Source: the human T2T-CHM13v2.0 reference genome, Homo sapiens
DNA length: 64,000 bases
Assembly (NCBI RefSeq): GCF_009914755.1
Contig: NC_060932.1
Direction: 5' to 3' (one strand)
The notes under the pieces were generated by a model that saw nothing but the letters and a program-made list of their open reading frames with translations, was not told where the DNA came from and made no database searches. The translations under genes were made by a program, and so were the position numbers. Positions 23,063 to 37,569 of this stretch are shown in pieces (the stretch's first letter is position 1; each line of letters opens with the position of its first letter).

Positions 23063-24799
23063 TACTCCTTTGCATTTTGATATCACTGTTGAAGCCAATG
23101 AAATGTGAGTGGAAGAGATAATAGGCCCTTCTCAGCCAAATGCTGGAAGAGCCGTCACATGGCTGGACCTGGCTTTTTTACATCACACATCCGCTATGTG
23201 GCCAAGATGTAGGCTTTATCTCAGCTAAATTCCTCAATGAGGAAGATATGGGGAGCCAAGCCTCAGAGCTATAGGTATTCTATAGCCATAATGCAAATGA
23301 GTGAGAAATAAACCTTTATTGTGATAAGCACTGAGATTTTGTTGTTGTTATACAGGACAGGAAAGAATAAGCTACTTAATACAAAAACTTCAAGTAACTT
23401 GCCAAGGTTTCCTGGTGGCAAATCTTGGATTCAAAATTAAGCAATCCAGCTTGCAAAGTCACATATTTAACCATTGTGTAATACTGCTTCATAACACATA
23501 GACACATTGAGGCCTAGAGAGATAATCATGTTAGCTTGTCTCAATCATACATAAAACACTTGACCAAATTGGAACCATTACTCTATGCCCTGAACTCTTC
23601 CCATGACATAGGATTTTGACTTAAAAAAATTATTGCTACTGTGCCTGGAAGGTAGTACTCTGTTCTGTTTCTATCACACTAGAAAAGTTTGGAATTCATT
23701 CCTATGCTTCATGGCCTGGCTGCAAAATTATTCTCTGAGGTGGAGCTAGAGCTGGCTGTACCAAACTCTTCAGCATTCAGGCCCTTTCTCTGCGGCCATC
23801 CTCCTTCTTGGGGATTATTTATGAGGGATGAAGGAAGAAGGGGGGCTGTGCACAGTTATTTGTTTTCTGTGAAGCTAGGGGATTGGAAATGTTTTAGAAA
23901 CATAACTGGTTGACACAAAGGATAAAAAGTTAAACATACAGAACCCAACATGTCCTCTCTCGGGACCCCTGTCTGGCTAACAGTGGGATTCACTCCGACA
24001 GTGTACTGCAGACTGAATGAGGAAAAGACAACCCCATTCAAACAAAGGCTGGAATACAATGGTTTTGAAGGCCTCATACTGAGTTCTGTGAGGGCGTTCA
24101 AGAGACAATGCAGTTTGAATGCTAGTTGGGGCCTAATGCAGAGAGAATCTGGCGGTCCGGGGTCACAACGCTTGAGAAATGAATTCAGGGGTTTCTTGCT
24201 GGGTTGCCTGTGTTCATAAGCATCACTAGGAATTGGAGAGGACTTTGCTTTGAGAAATGCCTACCTCCCCCTACCCCCACCAGAAACATGTACACACATT
24301 TCAGAGTAACACAATATAGAAAACACTACTGCAACAATTTGCTTCAAAACACTTTTCCATTTTTACCCTTTTGAGATGCTTACCAAAATAGCAAGATCTT
24401 GATAGTACTAGCTGTTTTATTTTCTATTGCCTTACAGATTGCAGAATCAGCAAAATGGCTCCTAGGGTATCCCATCTCTAACAGTAGAGATTTTGATCAG
24501 ATGATATTTGTGGCCCAGAAATGTTCAGCGGACTTGCCTCAGAGTGTATTAAAGGTAACCAGCAAACTGGAACCAGTGTGAAGAAACCCAGGGCAATGAA
24601 ACTTCTCAGAGGTATCTGTACCTCTGAGAAAGCAAAATCTGCACCTTGCCCTATTGGATAAATAATAATCACATCACATACCATAAATGGAAAGAAAAAC
24701 CATTCTGCATCCTGAGATAAACTCAGAGCAGGAACACCCTACCTGGGACTGATCTCCCAGATAAATGAAGCCCTGTGGTCTAGTTAGTTCCTAACTCTC

Positions 24800-25208
24800 T
24801 GATATGGTTTGATTGTGTCCCCACCCAAATTGCATCCTGAATTGTAGTTCCCATAATCCCCACATGTTATGGGAGGGACCCAGTGGGAGGTAATTTAATC
24901 CTGGGGGCAGTCACCCTTGTGCTGTTTTCCTGATACTGAATTATCATGAGATCTGATGGTTTCATAAGGGGCTTTTTCCTCTTTTGCTTGGCACTATCTC
25001 CTTGCTGTTGCTATGTGAAGAAGAACATGTTTGCTTCCCCTTCTGCCATGACTGTAGGTTTCCTGAGTCCTGGAAACCTACAGTCATGGCAGAAGGGGAG
25101 GCAAACATGTCCCCTTTAATTTGCTGTGAGTCAATTAAACCTTTTTCCCCTATAAATTACCCAGTCTCAGGGTTGTCTTTATTAGCAACGTTAGAATGGA
25201 CTAATACA
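24800..25208 (+). mobile_element. THE1D-like solo LTR with an internal inverted duplication
   Basis: tgatatggtttg...ggactaataca; TSD ctctc/ctgtc. Confidence 0.92.
25025..25110. repeat. 39-bp inverted repeat with an 8-nt loop (hairpin/cruciform)
   Basis: acatgtttgcttccccttctgccatgactgtaggtttcc-tgagtcct-ggaaacctacagtcatggcagaaggggaggcaaacatgt; 38/39 Watson-Crick pairs plus one T:G. Confidence 0.97.
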
Positions 25209-25339
25209 CTGTCTAATGAAAACTCTTTCCCTGACTTTTTCAAACCTTCCTTTTGCAGTCATGTGATGACCCCTGTGTTTAGGATAACTATGTGAAGAAA
25301 CTGATGTTTTTCCACCACCAACAGGCTTACGTGCCTTTG

Positions 25340-25880
25340 TGTGTTAGATCATTTCTCCCAAGAATCAGATATGAAAACAGGATTAGAGATGCCAGGTTTT
25401 TTTTTTTTTGTTTTTTTTTTTTTTTTTTTTTGTGGGGGGATGTCTGGAAAGAAATGTCAGGAAGAATCAAAAAGAGCCCTGAGACCACTATGCAGATTTG
25501 ACACCTGTGAGAACAGGCAGAGAAGGAAGGAATGGCCAGAAATAGCCTCATATTGCAGTGCAGTTCTGTGAAAGTCTTGGCCAGACTGATGCAGAGTCTC
25601 AAGCCAAATCTACCCATTGGAAGAATTCCAGAGACAAAAATTGCTTGTTTCAAGTAATTCCTTATTCTCAGTGATTGGTGAGGAGCAGCTCAGGGAAGGA
25701 TGTCCTGGTGTGAACACCACAGTAGATTAGAAGATGTGGCATTGGCTACCATTCCCTGCAGAAGGTTCTCTGGAACATCTGTATTTCCTGCAGTAGATTC
25801 TCTGGAAAGGAAGTAGGTTCTCTGGAGCTTCTATATTCCCTGAGGTTGGTTCTCTGGAAGGGAGATTGGGCCTCTAGACT
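25340..25880 (-). mobile_element. LTR33-like ERVL LTR, with a T-rich tract at 25397-25431
   Basis: gagaccactatgcagatttgacacctgtga...cagtgcagttctgtgaaagtcttggccagactgatg. Confidence 0.7.
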
Positions 25881-26024
25881 TTGGTAATCTAATACATGTT
25901 TTCTCCTTACAACCTGCCTTAATCTTTGTTTGGGAATACAGTTCTTCAGAAGTCTGGAATTTTGCTGGCATTGCAAAGAAGAGTAATTTAATACTCTTAA
26001 TACTGTAGTCTCTGTGTAATATTT

Positions 26025-26170
26025 AAACATAATTTATTAAATGCCACTTAAGTGTCAGCAGCTATAGATGTTGGGTATAGCAGTGAATAAAACATAAAAT
26101 TCCTGCTGTCATGTAATGAACATTCTCCGAGTGGGAGGAAGCAGACCATCCACATGTAAATGTTTTGAAG
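26025..26170 (-). mobile_element. L2 3' fragment
   Basis: atttattaaatgccact...gggtatagcagtgaataaaaca...cctgctgtcatg. Confidence 0.6.
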
Positions 26171-26179
26171 TAGTCGATT

Positions 26180-28060
<1,881 letters not shown>

Positions 28061-28884
28061 TAGGTAAATTTCTTTCTTTCCCATGCAAACCCATGCCCAA
28101 CCGTTTGTAACTTTGGTAGAAAAGGGCAGAGAAAGTCTGAAAGTGAGAAAACTACTTTTAACAATGATACTATTGTATTTACATTCTTCGTTCTTATGGT
28201 TTTCTAGACTAGCTACACAAATTGAACGTCTGAACTGGGTAACTAATAAGCATGATTGTGAGGCTTTTTCTTATCTCATAGTTGAACAAGTTTAAAGATC
28301 ATGCAACTATCTGAAGCATTAAGATGACAGACAGAATTCCATCTTTTGGGAGTTTTCACCAATTCCACTGATACTTTATAAGGCGTTTTCTTAATTTGAC
28401 TGCAAAATTTACCCATTAGACATCCATATTTGCATGTCCTACAATACTCGCAGCATATAAAAAAATGTGTTCTCATTCACTACAGACTGTCTTTAGACTT
28501 TTCCCATTTCTTTCACAGGGTCAGCTTCAATCTTGAAACATTGACTCATTTATTTTTTGCTTACATTTCAAGATGTATTTATTGATTCACCTTGTCTTGT
28601 TTCTTTCTTTAAAATACTCACTGAATTATACTATTACCATGTTTCTGTTATTCCAGATTGAATTCCTTTCTTATAATTCTTAACGAAGACTCCTGTCTAA
28701 TCTCTCTGCTTTTCAAGTCCTCAGTCAGAATCTACTGTAGAGAGAACTGATGTATCAGACTTCCCCACTTTCCACTTTAATCATGCCACTGCCTTTTCTT
28801 AGCATTCAGCTCCCACAAAAATATGACTCTGTCATTAATTATTGTGCCAACTCTCACTTCTTTGTTTTATTAATGTAGTCCTGT

Positions 28885-30290
28885 ATTTATCAAGTCAACA
28901 AATATTTATCAAGTGCCTACGTTGAGAAGAGCACTGGGCTTATGGGTATAAATGGTATTCCATACATTCATGGGCTTTTATTCTAATTGGGAAGCCAATA
29001 TAGTGACATGCATTAAATATCAGTAAAAAAATGTGTAACAAGTCACTGTGTGTTTAAATTGAAAGGCTAGTATAGAAAACAAATACAAATGACCCAGTCA
29101 TCTGTTGGGAGGGCTCACTTTAGACTAGAGTGGGCATGGAAACCTCATTAAAGATGTCAGTGACAAGACAAGTGTCTTGAAGAATAAACAATATTTGTTC
29201 TAGTTGAAAGAAATGTGAGGGGAAACATCTCACTTATGGTAAAAAACATATAAGCAGAAATATGAAGGTAGACCTTCTTGGTTTAGGTACTGAAGCATTA
29301 GCCTAAGAATTAGTTTATTGCTTTCCTGTGTGTTCATGGGCTCCAATAGTGACAATATAATCTCTCCCTCTTTTGAAGTGCTGCAGGATAATTATCTGTT
29401 CTAAACAAGTGAACACTTGATTATATTCTGCTTTACATTGTTCTCTAATGCAGACATGCAGATTGAAGGTACCTCATGGAGGGTTTTGAGTACCTTACTA
29501 CATCCTCTAGTAATAATTATTATTGTAAAGATTGTTAGTTAGGCTCTTCTTTTGTGTTGGACTTTTATACATTATCTCATTTAAATATTCATAGTATTGC
29601 TAGATATATAGTACTATTCCAAGCTTAAAGATGAGAATAAATCTCAGAGATTTTACAGGGCAAATAAAGAAGTTGGGGTGAGATGCGAATGCGTCTTTAC
29701 CTGGCTTCAGGGTCAAGGCATGTCCTTTTTCAGTCCCAGCTCGTTGCCTGCCTTGGTGCACATCACAGGTGATAAATTTCTGGAGACAGATGGAGGGGTT
29801 GGGAAAACGAGGGTGGGAGAGGTAGAAATCAGATGTAGGGAGACTAAAGAGTATATTTTAGTGATCAATGTCTTAGTAAGGATTGTAGACAAAATAATAG
29901 GAGGAAGATGAAATGTATGAAAAACATGGATAGAAGTTGTATGGATGGGACTAAAAAATACCTCAGATTGCCTGGCTGATAGAAATATCAATGTGAGGAA
30001 GGAGGGCTTCTTGTGTGGAGAAAGACATCATGATCGATTTTGCACTTGTTAATTTATATATAATTGTTGAAAGTGTGAATGATAATGTTCAGAAACACAA
30101 CTAGAACTTGAGAAAGAGGTTAGATTGACAATATGGAAGCAAAGATTTGGCATAAAATTCATGGGCTTATATCGGAATAGTTCCCTAAGAGAGAAAGGAG
30201 GGTACAAATCAATGGAGTTCTGGAAGCTAAGCCTCGAGAATTACTGTAGTTTGAAGCTATGAGGAGGAAGAGACATCTATGGGAAAAACA
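28885..30290 (-). mobile_element. L2 fragments (28885-29280 and 29760-30290), with a MIR (~29510-29720) between them
   Basis: caacaaatatttatcaagtgcctac...; gaacttgagaaagaggttagattg...gatttggcat; ttccaagcttaaagatgagaataaatctcagaga. Confidence 0.6.
29292..29449 (+). repeat. Copy 1 of a 158-bp local direct duplication
   Basis: Ungapped match to 30362-30519 with 9 mismatches by manual count. Confidence 0.95.
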
Positions 30291-30361
30291 AACACAACCA
30301 CAACAGCATTTGCTATGCCTAGGGATTCCGAATAGTTTTATATCAAATAGGCCTTCTCTAG

Positions 30362-30519
30362 GAAGCATTAGCCTAAGAATTAGTTTATTGCTTTCCCATG
30401 TGTTCATGGGCTCCAATAGTGACAATATAATCTCTTCCTCTTTTGAAGTGCTACAGGATAATTATCTGTTCTAAACAAGTGAGAATTTGATTATATTCTG
30501 CCTTGCATTGTTCTCTAAT
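30362..30519 (+). repeat. Copy 2 of the 158-bp local direct duplication
   Basis: Matches copy 1; continues into a plus-strand L2 3' end (30520-30670). Confidence 0.95.
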
Positions 30520-31434
30520 TTTTTTCTCTCTGTATAACTCCTCTCTCTCTGGTCGTAAGAACAGGGACCATGTCTTCTGCTTTTCATATTTGCTGCAGTA
30601 TTTGACAATGCTGATCACAGAGTATTCTATTAGTAAATACTCAGATTTATGTGAAGCATGCAACTGAGTAAAAATATCTGTACTGATGTAGTCCTCATAA
30701 GTCTTCTTAGGTAGGTCCTGAAAGTCAACAATAGATATAAATCATATTGTTCTTCATTGATAAGTGATGTAATTAAGGTAAATAATCAGCAGCAAAGCCA
30801 GTACTGTTATTTGTTGTTATTTAATCAAACCATGTATCTATTCAGCTCCTTAATGCCAAGTAGCAGGGAACCATACAAGACAAACTCCACAAACTATGCT
30901 TGCAGGGAGGAAGTTGCTAAGATTGGCTTAGGCATGAAATAATTCTTGGAAAGGTGAATAAAAATGTCCAGAATTCACTTGGGAAAAAATGAGTGAGCTT
31001 GAGAAAGAGGTTACATTGGCAGTGAAGCAAGTCTGAAGGTGAAACCATAATACCCATGACAGATAAAAGATAATTCTTTGTACTACAGTTATTTTTTATG
31101 TGCTTATGATATTACAGTGACGCATATAATTGTTTCAAGATCTTGCTTTACTAAGTGAGAGCTTATGGTAACGTTGAGACTTTAAAGAATTTATTTTGAA
31201 GCATTTAGGAATGCTTTTTAGAATATCTGCAGCTAGAAATCCCATACTACTTAATTTATAGGCCTAAGAACTTGATTTAAAATGCCACTATAAAATGGTG
31301 CATTATTATAGGGAATCATGTTACTGTGTATTAAATATAATACTCAGAAGAAAATGGCCCTGTGTTTGATATAATTTATTCAACTGACAAACATTAATTG
31401 AGCATCTTCTATGTTACAGTTATTGTGCTGGGTA

Positions 31435-32272
31435 CAGATTGAGTATCCTTCATCCGAAAATCTGAAATGCTCCAAAATTTGAAACTTTTTGAGTGCTGGT
31501 GAAGTGGCATCATTGGGGTGATACCTGAGGTTTATTGTCCCACGGGCATGGAAAACTAGGACGCAGATACACCAGGATGAGATTCAGAGAGGAAGTCTAA
31601 TAGGTGAAAGAAAGAAAAGCTCTCTCTGCTGCAGAGAGGGGGGTCCCAGCGAAAATGGGTTGCCGCTTCCACAGTGAACAGTAAGAGGTTTTGTAGATAA
31701 GCTTGAGGAGGCGGCGTTTGATTTACATAGGGCACAGAAGATTGATCAGACCAGTTGTGCTATTTGCATAGTGCACGAAAATCTGGCCACCTCCACTTTA
31801 ATCTTTTATTATGCAGATGGGTTCTCTACCTGACCAGCACCATGTTGCCTGTTCCTTACTGTACACGTGGTGACAAAGAAAAGGGAAGGTGGAACCGCCA
31901 TGTCGAGCCTCCAGGTGGCCCTTTTCTATTGGCACAGCTGCGGGCATTCACCCGAGCAAGCTTCTAGCTTGCTTGTCTATGTCTGCAGCTCAGTTTTTCA
32001 GGCTGCTCTTTGTTAGAAAACAAATAATGGAGGGGCTGCTTTTTATTAAAAGGGAAGCTTTGCTGAGGACTTTACCCTATCTGCCTAAATAATTTCTATC
32101 TAGCTCCTGTATCACTGGCATGTTGCTCAAAGAAAGTGATCATCGGAGCATTTCGGATTTTGAATTTTTTAATTAGGGATACTGAACCGGTAAGTATAAC
32201 GCAAATATTCCAGAATCTGAAAAAATTTAAAATCCAAAACGCTTCTGGTCCCAAGCATTTCAGACCAGAGAT
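31435..32272. mobile_element. Tigger4a/MER46-like DNA transposon, split by an LTR
   Basis: ta-cagattgagtatccttcatccgaaaatctgaaatgctccaaaa...ggtcccaagcatttc. Confidence 0.8.
31500..32114 (-). mobile_element. LTR9-family solo LTR (HUERS-P3 group)
   Basis: Reverse complement starts TGATACAGGAGCTAGATAGAAATTATTTAGGCAGATAG; 4-bp TSD ctgg/ctgg. Confidence 0.85.
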
Positions 32273-32346
32273 AGTAACATTTACTAGAAACATAAAAACG
32301 AACAAATATTCTCAACCACCAAAGAGTTTACAACCTAGAAGGGAGG

Positions 32347-32443
32347 TTTTTTTTTTTTTTTTTTTTTTTGAGACGGAGTCTCGCTCTGTCTCCCAGGCTG
32401 GAGTGCAGTGGCGCAATCTCGGCTCACTGCAAGCTCCGCCTCC
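32347..32443 (-). mobile_element. Severely 5'-truncated AluY (23-nt tail plus 74 bp), no TSD
   Basis: gagacggagtctcgctctgtc...ctgcaagctccgcctcc, with 5 CpGs retained. Confidence 0.9.
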
Positions 32444-32469
32444 AAATTATTACAGTACAAACATTCTTG

Positions 32470-32745
32470 GTAGACTAGAAGTCATGAGACATTATGATTT
32501 AGTAAGAAAAAAGGTCTTTGCAGTTAGATTTGAGTGTGATGTTTGGTTTTACCTCTTTCTGAGTTGTGCGAATTTGAACAATGTATTTAACCTCTGAGGC
32601 TCATTTTCTTAATCTGTGAAATAAGGAGAATTAAGCCAGCCATTCAGAGTTCTTATGAGCATCAATGATAATGCATTGGCTCTTACAACAGCACCTAGTA
32701 TAGAGTGGACAGATTCCCAGGAATGATTGTTGTTGTCCAAATGGT
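32470..32745 (+). mobile_element. MIR
   Basis: atttaacctctgaggctcattttcttaatctgtgaaataaggagaat. Confidence 0.7.
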
Positions 32746-33007
32746 AATGGTGATGATGGTGAGACTGCTGATGAAGCAGCTCAAAGAGCTATAGGAAAAT
32801 CAAGGAGGAAGCCCTGAGCTAGGATTAGAGAGATTAAAGAAAGCTTCACAGAAGAGGTGGGTGACGTAGTTGCTACAAGCCAGATAGGCCCAAAGAAATG
32901 TACCCAGATGACTGAAAGTAGATTCAAAATGGCTGGAATGAAGTTAACTCCAACATAAGAATTACTGTGTTATTGTTTTAGAACCAGGCTTCAAAAGTGG
33001 CTTCCCT

Positions 33008-33131
33008 ATATACATAAAAGATATATATATATATTCCATATATTTTATATATAAATATGCATATTTTTATAATCCATATGTATATATAAAAGATATATAT
33101 CTTTTTTCTTCCCCAAATATATATATATATG
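33008..33131. repeat. AT-rich (TA)n low-complexity tract
   Basis: Interrupted TA dinucleotide runs. Confidence 0.85.
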
Positions 33132-33194
33132 TAAAATTTGTCTTCCTGAAATAATTGAAAAATTGTGTTGGAAAAAGTGTCAACAAGAAATTCT

Positions 33195-33560
33195 ATTTAG
33201 AACTCAAAAGGACCTCACCAATTTTCTCGTTCCACCTTTTCACTTTACTAATGAGAACATCACGGTTGGGAATGGGTGAGAGACTTGCCTACGGTCACCT
33301 TGTTAGGTAGTGGCAGAGCTGGAATCTGAACATGACAAGGCTGACTCGATCTAGTGTGATTTCTACCCCAGTCTGTCTCGATAATGAGAAAGCAATGCCT
33401 ATTAGCACACTTAGGTTGTTATCATTCCAACAGCATGTCAAATAACTTTTTATTTCCATAACATTTTGAACTTTTCAAAATACTTTCACATCTGCTAACT
33501 AATTTGATTCTCACAATAGCCTGTGAGGTATTTATAGAGTAATTTCATTTGAAAAATGCA
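33195..33560 (-). mobile_element. MIR fragments
   Basis: gacttgcctacggtcacc...gtggcagagctggaatctgaac; atttgattctcacaatagcctgtgaggta. Confidence 0.6.
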
Positions 33561-35914
33561 ACAGAGATAACACTTCAAATTACGGTAGGCCCCAAAATGC
33601 AAAAGAGAATATTTCTAATCAGACAGGTGGAGAAAGCGTTCATTATTCTCCAATATTGAGTTCTAGGTCAGAAATGGGGGAAATATGATAGGGAACTTCG
33701 TGGATGAGGTCTTTAAACATATTAGACTTCTTGAATTAGTATAAATTTTAGTGATGCTTCTATGAGGTTTCACAAATTTACATTTGTGTGACTCTGATGT
33801 GCAGGGCCATTGTGCCTTCTTTATTTTGCCTATTCAGGTGTTATTCTGATACCACACTGCTGCTTAATGGAGATAAAAATTAGTCTGGCACCTGAGGTGT
33901 GTCGGGGCAAGATGGGGATGGGAGATTACCTCTGGTTTTGTGAATATGGTATCAAGTGATGAACCCAACGTGTCTGTTTTTCTATGCTGTTGTTAATTTT
34001 TCACTAGACTTGCTGAAATTTGTCACATCTCTCTATCAGGTTCTCTACCTGAGAACCCCCCTTCCTTTCCTAGCTATAGGAAAAAATAATATCTCTCATA
34101 TTATTATATCTTTGTCAATATTTAGCTCAAATAAACCTAGAATGGGGCAGTGTACTATAGCCGTTACAATGTGTAGTGCAGCCTCTGAAGTCGAGCTGCC
34201 TGGACTTCGTTCATGGCCGGTCTCCACCAAAAAAGAGGGCATGGAAAATTTATCAAAATCTACCTTTTGTATTCATTTCACACAAGTGATCCACCAGAAG
34301 CCCTTAGAACAACGTCTGATTTCTTGTTAATAAAAAGAATATAGCTACTTAGAGCAGTGCCTGCCGTATAATTATATGATATAGCTATTTAATATGGCTT
34401 TTATTAATATCTTTACTTATAAACTAAGACATTAGTTTTATTAGGCCAAAATATATATTCCCTGCATCTGTCCTGAGCTAAATATCCCTTGCCCAAAGCC
34501 TTCTTTCTAGGGGAGAGAATTAAGGATGAATGGGTCCTTTCTTTCCATTTTCTAGAATATTGTTTTCTGTAGTGCCTTCAGCCTCTATAATGTACTTGTA
34601 TGTGATTTATGCCCAATAACTGAATGAATGTTGAGTGAATAGTTTTTTCCAGTTATCAACTTCTCCCTTTATTCAAGAGCTTAGAACTATTTACTTTGTA
34701 AAATATTGCATGCAACTGCCATTTCAACACTTACAATATCATTAGAGAACAAACTCCTGTAAAGCAGTGGCAGAAAGGTGGCTGGTAACAGGTTTATTAG
34801 ACAAGCCCTGTCCTTTGCAGAGCATATGAGAAATGTCAAGTGGATTTGAATTTACTTAAACTACAAAGTTTATTTGTCCATCCTGTTCATCTATTTTTCC
34901 CTTTTCGCTGTCTGAAAATATTAGGTATTTCTTCCTATTCAGACATAGCAGAGAGACTTAGTGACAGATATTGTTTTTACATCTGACTGAGACTTAAGCT
35001 AATTCCTCATCATTTCATAAAAAGTCAAAGAGTGTGTCAGGAAGGTAAAATCATGCAGGCGGCCAGAAACAATGGGAGACAGGAAGGCCTGGGTAGCCCA
35101 GAGCTGTCTCATTGCACCTGGAGTGGGAGGGACCAGGAGGAACTCAGCTCTGTTTCTTTCTCTCAGTGGCTGTTCTGTCTTTGTTGTTACAGAACAAAGC
35201 ACATTTTAAAAAAGAATTCTCTGATGTCCCCGGCTTGGCATAAGTAAGGAAGAATAATACAGAGATAAAAAGAAGGGGAGATTTCTAGTTTGATTTAGAA
35301 AGCAGAGCATCCTAAGCTATCCTCTTAATTATACTGTAACAGCATTCAGAGCCTGAATGAACACCATCCTGGGCTCAAGGGAGATATAAATGAAGGAGTC
35401 TATCTACAGCTGACCTCCTCTCCCAGGCCCCAGTGTCCCTTTAGGCAGTGTGGACAGGCACTAATGCTTTTTAAATGGAGGCAGAGCTCAGCAGAATCCA
35501 ACAACACAGGGAAGGCAGGGGACATCTGTGTAGTGGCAAAGCTGCTTTGAGGATCTGTGTGGTTTCCTAGGTTGGAAGCCTCATGGGAGAAGTGAAAGTG
35601 GGCAGCAGCCATGCCTTTTCTGTATGCTGGGATCACAGTGCCACCTGTGGAAACATGAGGTCTGAAGTAAGCTAGAGCAGTGTTCTCTGCAACAGTGTGC
35701 TCATGCTCACTGGCCGGCAGGGAGAATACACTAGAGCTTCGGTTTATAGTTAGTTTTTAACTCATTTGAAAGACAAATATACATGTACTGGTGGTACTTA
35801 AAGTTATAGGGCTTGGGATTTTTAAAAATAAAATAGTTTTAGGGTTGAAAAGACATTTTAGTTGTTCATCCTGTTCAATGCTGTCTAGCCTAGCCCAGGG
35901 TCTGGCTGGGAAGC

Positions 35915-36710
<796 letters not shown>

Positions 36711-37569
36711 CATAGGATAGTACTAAATACATTTTTGCCAGATAAATCAGTCATAGTAAATGGCACCGAGTTCCCTAGCATTGCATATATCGAAGCTCTC
36801 TACAATTTCTTAACCAAGTGGTCACCCACTCTTGGCTTGAACATCGCATGCAATAGGAAACGCCACCTTCAATTGTAGCCTACTTCCTCTGGACCCAATA
36901 GACTGAATTAGATTTCAAAACTTCCTTTACCTCCTCAGAGCTCTGTTTTTCATAAAATATTGAAAAGATACTCAAATCCATAATACAGTTAACAAGAATT
37001 TTTTTTCTGAGGTTATACACAAGGTTTCTGAAATAGGGATCACCTCTTCCCATTTTTCTACTCTTTTTTTTTAGCATAAAGGAATCATGTATTTTTTTTT
37101 TTTAGGATAGAGCACTATGAAAACATCTACCTAGGTTTTGCCAAGGACCCAGAGGTGAGAATTTGATAAGATATAGACAGTATATTTTCTTTTCACTTTT
37201 ATGATGGTGCCCGCTATAGAACATTTTTGTTGCATTGAAAGAAGTACTTCGAAAGGGGTCATTTGGCATTTCCAAAGGGCTTGCAGACATTCTGAGTTTT
37301 CCCTGTGGCAATTCTGTGAGATCAGTGAGGGTTTTCATTCTTCTCAATTTATAGATAAAGGTTTACATACAGGTGGTATGCCTTAGTCCACAGGATATGT
37401 CAGCGATTAAGCTTGCATGAAACCTCATGGTCCAGAGCTCCATCAGTTTGTTGACCTGTATTTTTATTGGTAAGTGAAGGCAGACTGAGTCCATGGACTT
37501 GGATTCTACCCTGCAGCTGTCATCCAGGTCAAAGTCAGAACCTTACACTGTACAGAAAAAAAGGATTTC

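Larger units (their letters stand above)
21408..23383 (+). mobile_element. MLT1I/J-like MaLR LTR, split by Tigger3
   Basis: gccaatgaaatgtgagtggaag...gagtgagaaataaacctttattg...cactgagatttt...taataca. Confidence 0.7.
21240..23490 (-). mobile_element. MIR split into two halves (21240-21407 and 23385-23490)
   Basis: ...attttacagatagaggaagtcagatgcaagagg resumes as aagtaacttgccaaggt...ggattcaaa...ttaaccattgtgtaatactgc. Confidence 0.7.

Noticed and set aside
29292-30519. The 158-bp direct repeats as LTRs of a new mini-retroelement
   Set aside because: No TG...CA termini, PBS, PPT or TSD; the interior is old L2/MIR.
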